The position numbers and the translations under genes were made by a program. Shown here one piece after another: positions 19,785 to 28,940 of a DNA stretch of 64,000 nucleotides. Source of the DNA: Candidatus Nanoarchaeia archaeon (lineage in GTDB: Archaea > Nanobdellota > Nanobdellia > SCGC-AAA011-G17 > JAGVZF01). Where the stretch lies: contig DATDYQ010000104.1 of assembly GCA_035288965.1 (NCBI GenBank), forward strand, positions 10,089-74,088, in the 5' to 3' direction. Position 1 is the stretch's first letter, and each line of letters starts with the position of its first letter. Under the pieces are notes generated by a model. The model was not told the DNA's origin. It saw only the letters and a program-made list of their open reading frames with translations, and ran no database searches.

Positions 19785-21548
19785 ATGAAAGATGTAAAGA
19801 TCGGTGACAAGATAATTGGTAAAGGCCACCCTGTCTTTGTTATAGCAGAAACAGCCTCCAGCCATGTAGGAAATAAAGAAAAACTTAAACAGCTAATTAA
19901 AGCTGCTATAGATTCAAATGCAGACGCTATCAACTTACAAAAATTCTATGCAAATGAGCTTGCTGTTCCTCAAAATCCGCAACATAAGGATTTGGCAATC
20001 ATCGAACTTAAAGATCCAGATTGGAAAGAAGTTCTAGATTATGCTAAAACTTTAAACACAATTATTATTGGAAATCCTTTTGATGAATCTAGTGTAGACT
20101 TCTTTGATCCTTATGTGGATGCTTTCAAGATTCATTCTACTGATATTAATAATCCTGAAATGTTAATGAAAGTAGCAAAAAAGAATAAGCCAATGTTTCT
20201 TGGTATTGGCGGAGCAAAACCTTTTGAAATAAAAAGGGCAATTAAAATTCTTCAATCAACTGGTAATGATCAAATTGTTTTAATGCATGGTTTTCAGGCT
20301 TTCCCAACAAGATTAGAGGATAGTAATCTAAAGTTAATTCCAACAGTAGAAAAAGAATATAATCTTCCAACTGGATTTCTTGATCATATCGATGCTGAAA
20401 CAAAAATGGCAATGATTCTTCCATTACTCTCAGTAGTCCAAGGAGCTGTTTTGATTGAAAAACATATAACATTAGATAGAAAATTAAAAGAATATGATTA
20501 TTTTTCAGCTTTACATCCATCTGAATTCAAAGAAATGATGTTCTTGATTAGAGAAACAGAAAAAGCAATTGGTCATGGACAATTTATTCAATCAGAAGGT
20601 GAAATTGGATATAACACTATGATGAAAAAGAATTTAGTTGCTAAAGTTCCCATAAAAAAAGATACAATTTTAACAAAAGATATGATAACTTTCAAAAGAG
20701 CTCGAGTAAATCCTGGTCCTTCTCCAATTGATGTTGAAAAATTTATTGGAAAATCAGTTAATAAAGATTTAAATGAAAATGATCCAATCACATTAGATGA
20801 CTTAAATCTTAAATCAATTATTACATTAGCTGTAAGAATGAAATCATCTAGATTGCCAAGAAAAGCGTTAGCTGTTGTTGAAGATCAAACAGTTATAGAA
20901 CATTTAATAGATAGAATGCAATTATGTAAGGTTCCATCTGATTTAATCTTATGTACATCCACTCATCCAGATGACGCTGTTTTAATAGACATAGCAAAGA
21001 AAAAAGGTATAAAATATTTCGCAGGTTCAGAAGATGATGTTATGGATCGTTTCATCAAAGCAGCATTGCCTGAAAAAGCAGATATCATTGTAAGAGTTAC
21101 AGGGGATAATATATTTACAGATCCTGAATTCCTAGATGAAACAATAAAATTTCATATAAAAAATAATCTGGATTATTCATTACAAGAAGGATTACCAATT
21201 GGATGTATTTCAGAAGTTATTACCTTACATAATTTAATAAAAGCTCATGAAGCAACTCTTGATCCTGAAAACACAGAATATATGACATATTATTTGAGAA
21301 ATGAAGATTACTTTAAAGGTAACTCCTTGAAGGTCTCAAGTGAATTTAACTTCCCTAACTACAGATTGACAATAGATAATCCTGAAGATTTACAACTTAT
21401 CCAAGAAATATTTAAAGAACTTTATGTTCCTGGAAAAGTAATTCCATTAAGAGATATTTTAAATTTATTAAATAAAAAGCCTGAACTATTAAATATAAAT
21501 AAGAATGTTCAAGGAATACAATTTACAGTTAAAGGTTTGAAAAGTTAG
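19785..21548 (+). CDS. Fusion of a NeuB-type nonulosonic-acid synthase (with SAF domain) and a C-terminal CMP-sugar cytidylyltransferase (NeuA/SpsF-like)
   Basis: 'GKGHPVFVIAETASSHVGNKEKLKQLIKAAIDSNADAINLQKF' (NeuB). 'ITLAVRMKSSRLPRKAL...VRVTGDNIFTDPEFLD' (CTP_transf_3-like). Confidence 0.75.
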   Translation: MKDVKIGDKIIGKGHPVFVIAETASSHVGNKEKLKQLIKAAIDSNADAINLQKFYANELAVPQNPQHKDLAIIELKDPDWKEVLDYAKTLNTIIIGNPFDESSVDFFDPYVDAFKIHSTDINNPEMLMKVAKKNKPMFLGIGGAKPFEIKRAIKILQSTGNDQIVLMHGFQAFPTRLEDSNLKLIPTVEKEYNLPTGFLDHIDAETKMAMILPLLSVVQGAVLIEKHITLDRKLKEYDYFSALHPSEFKEMMFLIRETEKAIGHGQFIQSEGEIGYNTMMKKNLVAKVPIKKDTILTKDMITFKRARVNPGPSPIDVEKFIGKSVNKDLNENDPITLDDLNLKSIITLAVRMKSSRLPRKALAVVEDQTVIEHLIDRMQLCKVPSDLILCTSTHPDDAVLIDIAKKKGIKYFAGSEDDVMDRFIKAALPEKADIIVRVTGDNIFTDPEFLDETIKFHIKNNLDYSLQEGLPIGCISEVITLHNLIKAHEATLDPENTEYMTYYLRNEDYFKGNSLKVSSEFNFPNYRLTIDNPEDLQLIQEIFKELYVPGKVIPLRDILNLLNKKPELLNINKNVQGIQFTVKGLKS

Positions 21549-21585
21549 TTTTATAAGGTTTTCTATATTCTATAAAATATATATT

Positions 21586-21849
21586 ATGGGGGTTAACAAA
21601 ATGGTAGAAAAGCAAGCTAAAACATTAGATGAAAGATTACAATTTGAAGAAGGAGATTTACACTTAGAAGGTAATTTTGCGATTAGCCTTGGTTTAGGGA
21701 AGTCTCTTGCAGATGATGAAATAAAGAAAATTGTAATTGGTAAGTATAATGGCGTATTAAAATATGTCGATAAAAAAGGACAATTAAAAATCGTAGGCAA
21801 TGGGTTATACAGCATAATAGGTTTAGGAAAATATGCCGGCGCAATTTAA
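21586..21849 (+). CDS. Hypothetical small protein
   Basis: 87-aa ORF with no recognised motif. Confidence 0.35.
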   Translation: MGVNKMVEKQAKTLDERLQFEEGDLHLEGNFAISLGLGKSLADDEIKKIVIGKYNGVLKYVDKKGQLKIVGNGLYSIIGLGKYAGAI

Positions 21850-21910
21850 TTTATTAATCTCAAGATCTATAAATAATATAATAAATAGAAAAAAGTAGAT
21901 AAACAATAAA

Positions 21911-22393
21911 ATGCCAATTGATGATGCATTAAATGATTTGCCAAGATCAAAAGAAGCGTCAAAACAAATAGTTGCACCTCCAGAACCAGAGCAAGCAAAT
22001 AAAGTAATTTTCACTGATGCCGTACAACAATTTAGAAATAGTTTACAATATTATCTTCCTTATCAATTGGCAACAATTATAAAAAGTAAAGGACTAAATG
22101 TAACCTGGGATAACGGCAATATAGTTTCTTTTTTAGATAATGAAATTTTTTTAAAATTTACGTCTATTGGAATTGCAGCCCATAAAAGATTTTGGTTCGG
22201 TCATGATTGGATAGGTTATTTATATTTTAATGATCCTAATAAATGGAAATTGGAAGTTTATGGAAGAAAAAATATAGATAGATTAAAAAATCTTGCTGAC
22301 GAAATATCAAAACAATATTCAAAAGATATAGAGCTTATATTAGAATTAGAATATCCAAAATCAAAGTCAGTAGAATATGCTGGTTTTATCTAA
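21911..22393 (+). CDS. Hypothetical protein whose N-terminal 'MPIDDALNDLPRS' motif is shared with the ORF at 55209
   Basis: ORF. The N-terminal paralogy is seen directly. Confidence 0.45.
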   Translation: MPIDDALNDLPRSKEASKQIVAPPEPEQANKVIFTDAVQQFRNSLQYYLPYQLATIIKSKGLNVTWDNGNIVSFLDNEIFLKFTSIGIAAHKRFWFGHDWIGYLYFNDPNKWKLEVYGRKNIDRLKNLADEISKQYSKDIELILELEYPKSKSVEYAGFI

Positions 22394-23535
22394 ATCTTTA
22401 ATTCTTCATAGATTAACTTAACAACCCTTTCAGTTGCTTTCCCGTCATTACCTTCAACAAAGCTTTCCCTTCTTTGCTTTAATTCTTCTCTAAATTCTCC
22501 ATTATATAAAATTTTCATTAAATTAGGAACCAACTCTCTTGTATTATAAACACCAAGAGAATAACCATTTTTGTTGGTAATCAAAGGATCCTCTGTTTTT
22601 AATCCAACTTGTAAACTTAAAACATCAGTATCTAATAAACAAGCTTCCATTAATGAAGTTGACATCATTCCAACTACCAAATTAGAAGCTTTCATTGTCT
22701 CTCTTGTATTATAATTATTATTATACTCTCTTTTTGTTGCGTCTTCCTTCCCACTCATGACTAAATTCATATCTTTTAATAATAATGTTCTTTCTACAAT
22801 ATCCTCAAATGTCTCTCTAGGATGAAATTTAATAACAAATGTCCCATGATATCCCATGTCATTCAATCCATTAGATAATATTTTAAAAATTGTTTCTTCA
22901 TTATAACCCCAATCAGTAGTTTTATTCGCTTTAAGATCTCCTTTAATTGGTTGTGAAATAAAGGTTATCAAACTTCCTTCTGGATGTACCCCAAAATATT
23001 CTCTTATCTCTTTTCTTTTATCAATTGTAAATTTAGCATTTAATTCTCCTATATCATCAAAGTAAGGGTTTCCTGTAATCTTTAATCTTTCTCTAGGTAA
23101 ACCTTCTTTAACCATTTTTTCCAAACTTTCTGCATCTAATGCCGTATGAATATCAGGCATGCATCCTAAGTTATCTCCTGTTTTGTCATTTCTAACCCTT
23201 ACAATATAATTGACTGGTAAATCTATAACAGAAATGCTTCTTACCCCTCTTTTCCTAGCTTCCAATATTAATTTTTTTTCAACACACCATCCACCGCTAC
23301 TTCCCGTGACTAGAAGGTTTGGTTTTTCTTCGTCTTCAAATTCAACTTCGGCAGATGTATAATCATTCAATATAGAATGAGATAAACCAGCTTGTGTAAA
23401 TGAACTAATAGCAGGTCCGTTAGCTATTAATGTCAAATCCACTTTATCATCTTCTTGCAATCTTCTTGCAACAGGAATAACAGAATTCGCACTTCCAGTA
23501 TACTGCGCTGCCACCATTACTTTAGATTTTGTCAC
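22390..23535 (-). CDS. TagB/TagF-like GT-B protein (CDP-glycerol glycerophosphotransferase-family fold, PF04464-like)
   Basis: 'IKFHPRE' and a C-terminal 'MMSTSLMEACLLDTDVLSL' GT-B donor-site-like region. Confidence 0.45.
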   Translation of the reverse strand: MTKSKVMVAAQYTGSANSVIPVARRLQEDDKVDLTLIANGPAISSFTQAGLSHSILNDYTSAEVEFEDEEKPNLLVTGSSGGWCVEKKLILEARKRGVRSISVIDLPVNYIVRVRNDKTGDNLGCMPDIHTALDAESLEKMVKEGLPRERLKITGNPYFDDIGELNAKFTIDKRKEIREYFGVHPEGSLITFISQPIKGDLKANKTTDWGYNEETIFKILSNGLNDMGYHGTFVIKFHPRETFEDIVERTLLLKDMNLVMSGKEDATKREYNNNYNTRETMKASNLVVGMMSTSLMEACLLDTDVLSLQVGLKTEDPLITNKNGYSLGVYNTRELVPNLMKILYNGEFREELKQRRESFVEGNDGKATERVVKLIYEELKI

Positions 23536-23574
23536 TTTTTATCACAAAATAAAGGTGTAGAAAAATATATAAAT

Positions 23575-25359
23575 CTATTTCTGATATATTTCATCAATAA
23601 GATTTATAACTCTTTCGGTGCTTTTTCCATCAATTTTATAAGCATAATCCTTAATAAATTTCTCCATGTTTTTTTCTAATTTTTCTTTAATCTTTTTATT
23701 ATTAAAAACATCATTTATTGCATTTTTTAATTCTTTTTCTTCTTTGACATCAATTACACATCCATAATCATTGTAATCAATCATCTCATTGCTTCCTTTG
23801 ATATTAGCTAAATTTAAAGTAATAACAGGAACATTAAATAACATAGATTCAATAACAACAGTAGACGAGGCTCTGCTTATAGTTAAATCTGCAATATTCA
23901 AAAAGTTATAAATATCATAATCTTTAACAACAACAACTTTATTTTTAATATTATTTAATCTGCTATTATAAAAATCAACATCATCTTTTGGGTGTAATTT
24001 TATTATTAGTTGTTCATCTTGCAAGGAATTAATAACTGCCTTGAACATTTCCTCCTTCTCTGGAACAGTCTGTGTTCCGAATAATATTATCTTCTTATCT
24101 TTATCCAAATTAAATTGTTTATATACTTCTTCTTTATCATACTCTTTATTTTTAATAATATCAAACTTACTGGCTCCAGTTATAACTATTTTCTCTTCAT
24201 TAACATTATTTTGCAATAAAAATTTCTTCGTAGATTCTCCCCAAACAGCTATTTTTGTGCTTGTTACAGGAACAAATCCCAATCTTCCAGCAACTCCATG
24301 TTGTAAAACTAAAGATTTTATTTCTAATTTATTCCCGACAAATGCAATTGTTTTTCCAAATCTATGAACGTCACTACCCATAACAATAATATTTATCTCT
24401 TCTTTTTTGATAACAATTTTAATTCCTTCTATCAATCTAACAACTTCATAAAAATGTTTAAACACAGTATAATGCAATTCATCTTCTAAAATTTCCCATA
24501 AATTAATATTATCATACATAAATCTCCTATCTTGGTATAAAATCTCCCATATTTGATCAAGCTCTTTTTTCTTTTTATCAAGAACTTTGTTTATTTCACT
24601 TAAATCATAATCTGCAAATGTATTAAATTTTATTCCTTTTTTCGCAAATGCCTCCTGAACATCTAAAGCCAAAGCGAATATTAAATAATTTTTATTCTGT
24701 TTTTTCATCTCTTCTATAATAGGAAGCATTATCTGCGGATCTAAATTTAAATAACTAAAAAACATCACTTTCTTATCGCCATAATTTTTATTTTTATAAT
24801 TAAAACTTTTTAGTTTCACATAATTATCCAAAACAACTGGTTTTATGTATCTTCCAGCAATAAATTTTGTTTTTTCTCTAAATATATTAATAAGATTAAC
24901 ATTCCTATCGCTAACAATCTCATATTTAGCATTCAGTTCTTTCAAACTAGTAATTATTGTTTTGCTTAGAAAATCTTTTCCATCAATTACCAAAAACATA
25001 TCTGGCTTCTCTTTCTCAATAACCTTCTTTATTAATTCTATATTTGCAATCAAGCTTCTTAAAACAAGTTCAAAATGTAAGCTTGTACATTCATATAATG
25101 GAATTCCATCATGCTTTGCTAATTTTTTTGCTTCAGGAAAACTAATCATATTCCAATTAATGCTTATATTCCTTATTTTGTCAGCAAGTTCATTAATTAA
25201 TTTGGTTTCATTGATATAATCACTCTTAGTTTTAACATTAGCAAAATTAACTTTTTTGTTAGAAAGATTTAGTATTATTCCATCCCCTAAATCTTTTAAT
25301 CTTTTATTGATCTTATCTAGTTCTTTCTCGTCTTTTACTATTCCTATAATCCTTGTCAT
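23575..25359 (-). CDS. TagF-like GT-B protein (CDP-alcohol phosphotransferase or a possible CMP-sugar transferase)
   Basis: 'IKLHPKDD', 'ISRASSTVVIESMLFNVPVI' and an 'IIVMGSDVHRFGKTIAFVGNK' region. Confidence 0.5.
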   Translation of the reverse strand: MTRIIGIVKDEKELDKINKRLKDLGDGIILNLSNKKVNFANVKTKSDYINETKLINELADKIRNISINWNMISFPEAKKLAKHDGIPLYECTSLHFELVLRSLIANIELIKKVIEKEKPDMFLVIDGKDFLSKTIITSLKELNAKYEIVSDRNVNLINIFREKTKFIAGRYIKPVVLDNYVKLKSFNYKNKNYGDKKVMFFSYLNLDPQIMLPIIEEMKKQNKNYLIFALALDVQEAFAKKGIKFNTFADYDLSEINKVLDKKKKELDQIWEILYQDRRFMYDNINLWEILEDELHYTVFKHFYEVVRLIEGIKIVIKKEEINIIVMGSDVHRFGKTIAFVGNKLEIKSLVLQHGVAGRLGFVPVTSTKIAVWGESTKKFLLQNNVNEEKIVITGASKFDIIKNKEYDKEEVYKQFNLDKDKKIILFGTQTVPEKEEMFKAVINSLQDEQLIIKLHPKDDVDFYNSRLNNIKNKVVVVKDYDIYNFLNIADLTISRASSTVVIESMLFNVPVITLNLANIKGSNEMIDYNDYGCVIDVKEEKELKNAINDVFNNKKIKEKLEKNMEKFIKDYAYKIDGKSTERVINLIDEIYQK

Positions 25360-25371
25360 ACTCTATCATAA

Positions 25372-26442
25372 CTATTTCTTTAATTCTCCCACGTGTTCCC
25401 AATCCAATATATCATCCTCTTTCATATCTTTTAATACCCTTCTTCCTATAATCTCGCTAAAGAATCTTGGATTAATTCCTGTTCCAGGTCTTTTTGATGT
25501 TATATTTTTAACATCAAATATTTCCCCTGCCCTAATATCCCTATTTGCTACAATGCTCCTTCTTGCTAATCTTTGAGCAGGCTCTTCAACTTTAATTGGT
25601 CGTCTTGCTAATGTACTTCCTAATGCACTTTCTATCTGTTTTATATTTGTGACCATCTCTTTCAGTTCTTTAGGATCAACAGATAACCAATGATCGGCAC
25701 TTCCCTTCAATGTTTTATCTATAGTATAATGCTTCTCTATCATCTTTGCTCCCAGACTAACAGCTCCGATCGGCACCAAAGTTCCCAAACTATGGTCACT
25801 TAATCCGATTAAATAATCCGGAAATATTTTCTTTAAAGTTGGAATCATATTCAAATTCATATCTTTCGTAGGTGTCGGATAAGATAAAATGCAATGCAAT
25901 AATATTATCTGATTATTTCCTTGCTCTTCAATAACGCTTACAGCTTCTTCTATCTCTCCAATTGTAGCTGCTCCTGTAGATAATGCCATCGGCAATCCTT
26001 TTTTTGCTATATGTTTTAAAAGATTTAAGTGAGTTATATCTGCACTTGCAATTTTATACATTGGCACTCCAATCTTTTCCAAGAAATCAGCGCTTTCTTC
26101 ATCAAATGGTGTTGAAAAAAATATTATTCCTAATTCTTCAGCATATTTCTGCATTTTAATAAAATCTTCTTCACTAAGATAATCGAAGTTCTTGTATTCA
26201 TCATATTGTGTTTCATCACTTTCTGTCCAATATTTAGGAGAATTTTTTATTGCTATTTTTTCAGCTTTATATGTTTGGAATTTTATTGCATCTGCCCCGT
26301 TTTCTTTTGCTTTTTTTATTAATTCATAACCTCTTTCCAACATACAATCATGATTTACTCCAGCTTCAGCTACAACAAAACAAGGCTCATCATCCCCTAC
26401 ATATCTATTTCCTATCTTTATTCTTGTCACCATTTCAACCAC
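25372..26442 (-). CDS. neuB: NeuB-family nonulosonic-acid synthase (second copy, with SAF domain)
   Basis: 'CFVVAEAGVNHDCMLERGYELIKKAKENGADAIKFQTYKAEKI' and a C-terminal SAF-like domain. Confidence 0.8.
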   Translation of the reverse strand: MVEMVTRIKIGNRYVGDDEPCFVVAEAGVNHDCMLERGYELIKKAKENGADAIKFQTYKAEKIAIKNSPKYWTESDETQYDEYKNFDYLSEEDFIKMQKYAEELGIIFFSTPFDEESADFLEKIGVPMYKIASADITHLNLLKHIAKKGLPMALSTGAATIGEIEEAVSVIEEQGNNQIILLHCILSYPTPTKDMNLNMIPTLKKIFPDYLIGLSDHSLGTLVPIGAVSLGAKMIEKHYTIDKTLKGSADHWLSVDPKELKEMVTNIKQIESALGSTLARRPIKVEEPAQRLARRSIVANRDIRAGEIFDVKNITSKRPGTGINPRFFSEIIGRRVLKDMKEDDILDWEHVGELKK

Positions 26443-27826
26443 CCTTATAATTTTTTATTATCTGTTCAGCAAGCCATAAATCATATTCATTATATATCCT
26501 TACAGCTTCGTTCGGCATCATCTCAACATAAGCTACACTATTCCCGATAATCCCATTATTGTTTAAATTCTCTAAAGTTGTAATATAAAATGCTCCATTT
26601 TCTTCTAGTATAGTATCTTTTTCATCTCTCAATAATCTTTTATTAAATAATGGCTCGATTCCATATCTTCCTGGTTTCCAATGAAAATTAAGATTTGCAC
26701 AAACAGAGACTATGCTATCTGTTTTAAATATTAATTGAGTAAAAATTCCTTCTTTTATATGCTCACTTGTTTTAAAAGGGCTTATCAAATGTAAAACAGC
26801 AATTAAATCAGGAACATAATCATCATTCTTCTTCAAATAATCAACAACATGTCTTACAACATCATCAACATGAACTGTTTTTTTTGCTAAATCAATTGGT
26901 CTTTTGATAACATAAGCTCCTAATTTTTCAGCAGCACTTGCAATATCGTAATCTTCAGTAGAAACAACAATTTTATTAAACAATTCAGTTTTTTTCGCTT
27001 CATCTATTGTATAAGATAATAAAGGTTTTCCATTTAAATTTGCAATTGGAATTTTAATCCCATTAATCATGTCGCCTCTAGCAGGAATAACAGCTAATAT
27101 TTTCAAATTTTTTAACTTTCCATCATAATGTCTTTTAACAAATTCTTCCTTTACAATTCTTTTAGAATGTAAAATCCCTTTCATATTCTTAGTCATATTT
27201 GCACCATGTCTTCTATAATAAAACAAAGGCAGATTAATATTTCTAACTTTAAATTTAGTAATAAACTTCATCCAAAAATCATAATCTTCTCCAATCTTTA
27301 AATTTTCATTATATCCCCCAATTTCATCATAGCATATTCTCTTGTACATCGCTCCAGCAGCTAAAGGACTTCTTTGCAGTAAATCAACTTCTTCATTAAC
27401 TTTCATCAATCTATTATGCTCCAATATCTTTCCATCTTCGTCTATAGTATAATAATCTGAATAAACCAAATCAACATCTTTATTTTCATACAAAAATCTT
27501 TCTTCTACTAATAGCAAATTATCATCAAAATAATCATCAGCATCTAATCTTATTATAAAATCCCCTTGAGACATACTAATTCCTTTATTACAGGCTGCGC
27601 TTAATCCAACATTATCTACCCTTATTACTTTCAAATTATTTGGAAATTTTGATTTATAACTTTGAATTACATCTTGAGTATTATCTGTACTTCCATCATC
27701 AACTAAGACAATTTCAAAATCTTTATAAGTTTGCTTGGTCAAGCTATCTAAACATTTATCTAAAAATCTCCCATAATTGTGCGCGGTTATTATAACGCTT
27801 ACTTTTGGTTTATTAATAGCTTCCAT
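26435..27826 (-). CDS. Fusion of an N-terminal GT2 domain and a C-terminal CMP-sugar cytidylyltransferase (NeuA-like)
   Basis: 'VSVIITAHNYGRFLDKCLDSLTKQTYKDFEIVLVDDGSTDNT' (GT2). 'ILAVIPARGDMINGIKIPIANLNGKPLLSYTIDEAKK' (NeuA/KdsB-like). Confidence 0.7.
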   Translation of the reverse strand: MEAINKPKVSVIITAHNYGRFLDKCLDSLTKQTYKDFEIVLVDDGSTDNTQDVIQSYKSKFPNNLKVIRVDNVGLSAACNKGISMSQGDFIIRLDADDYFDDNLLLVEERFLYENKDVDLVYSDYYTIDEDGKILEHNRLMKVNEEVDLLQRSPLAAGAMYKRICYDEIGGYNENLKIGEDYDFWMKFITKFKVRNINLPLFYYRRHGANMTKNMKGILHSKRIVKEEFVKRHYDGKLKNLKILAVIPARGDMINGIKIPIANLNGKPLLSYTIDEAKKTELFNKIVVSTEDYDIASAAEKLGAYVIKRPIDLAKKTVHVDDVVRHVVDYLKKNDDYVPDLIAVLHLISPFKTSEHIKEGIFTQLIFKTDSIVSVCANLNFHWKPGRYGIEPLFNKRLLRDEKDTILEENGAFYITTLENLNNNGIIGNSVAYVEMMPNEAVRIYNEYDLWLAEQIIKNYKGG

Positions 27827-27856
27827 TTAGTCACCTTTTCTTTAATCCGTAGTTGT

Positions 27857-28933
27857 CTATGCAGTAGCCTTTACTTCAGAAGGTTTAGCATATCTATATC
27901 CTTCATGTAAATTACAAGTTCTGCAAGCAGGCATAACATCTAATTTATTTTGTTTATGCAACTCTCTTAATTGACTTAATATCGCTCCGTTCCATATTTC
28001 TTTTAATGTTTGCTTAGTAACATCCCCAACTACATTCTTCCTAAACCAATCTCCACAGCACATCATAACTTTTCCATCCCACGCTACCATCAATCTTTGG
28101 AATGGTTGTGGACAGGTTTTTCTTCCTAAAGTAATTTGATCATAATTAATTGATCTATCATTTTCTTCTCCTTCTCCTCTATTACTGTAATCATTTGTTG
28201 CGACATGGTCTACTATCCCTTCCCACATTTTAATAAATTGGTCAACTTCATGAACATTATCTTTCATCCTAACCATCTGTATTCTGATAAATGGTTTTTT
28301 CTTTCCCATTTCATTTCTTATTCTTACAAAATCTTTAATATTTTTCATTAAAATATCATATTTTGCTCTCACTCTTATTTTTTCATAAGTTTCTTTAGTA
28401 GCCCCATCCATAGAAAATATTATTCCATCTAATCCTGCTTCTATCAATCCCCTAATTTTATTTTCATTTAATAAAGTTCCATTAGAATTTGTTTGTAATT
28501 CTTTAATCCCTTTATCTTTTGCATATTTCACCATTTCAATAAACTTGGGATGAATTAACGGTTCACCTCTCCAATTAAGTTTCATAGAATATAATCCTTC
28601 TTTTGCGCATTCGTCTACAATTTTATGAAATAAATCCATTGTAATAAATCCATCTTGAATTCCACTTCTATCAAAACTTTGTGGGCACATAACGCATCTC
28701 AAATTACATGCATCGCTCGGTTCAATGTCCACATGTGTTGGAAATTTAGGAATTAATCCAAATCTTGCTGTTCTAGGGCTCCAGTTCCATTTAGCTCTAT
28801 ACCATAAATATTTTGGATCTTTCTTATTCATGAACTTTTTAAATTTAGCTTTAAATCCACCTTGTATATGATGTCCACTCCCACCATAGAAGTGTTGTTT
28901 CTCGTTTGTTTCATTACTTTGTTCAGTTGACAT
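27857..28933 (-). CDS. Radical SAM enzyme with a C-terminal Cys-rich SPASM/twitch-like domain
   Basis: 'SDACNLRCVMCP' (CxxxCxxC), then 'CPQPF...CCGDW...CRTCN'. Confidence 0.7.
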   Translation of the reverse strand: MSTEQSNETNEKQHFYGGSGHHIQGGFKAKFKKFMNKKDPKYLWYRAKWNWSPRTARFGLIPKFPTHVDIEPSDACNLRCVMCPQSFDRSGIQDGFITMDLFHKIVDECAKEGLYSMKLNWRGEPLIHPKFIEMVKYAKDKGIKELQTNSNGTLLNENKIRGLIEAGLDGIIFSMDGATKETYEKIRVRAKYDILMKNIKDFVRIRNEMGKKKPFIRIQMVRMKDNVHEVDQFIKMWEGIVDHVATNDYSNRGEGEENDRSINYDQITLGRKTCPQPFQRLMVAWDGKVMMCCGDWFRKNVVGDVTKQTLKEIWNGAILSQLRELHKQNKLDVMPACRTCNLHEGYRYAKPSEVKATA

Positions 28934-28940
28934 ATTGATC

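Noticed and set aside
22390-23535. Calling this gene NeuC (hydrolysing UDP-GlcNAc 2-epimerase) to complete a canonical NeuABC set
   Set aside because: The sequence lacks the N-terminal epimerase motifs I remember for NeuC/WecB. It instead shares the K[FL]HP[KR] pattern with the neighbouring TagF-like protein.
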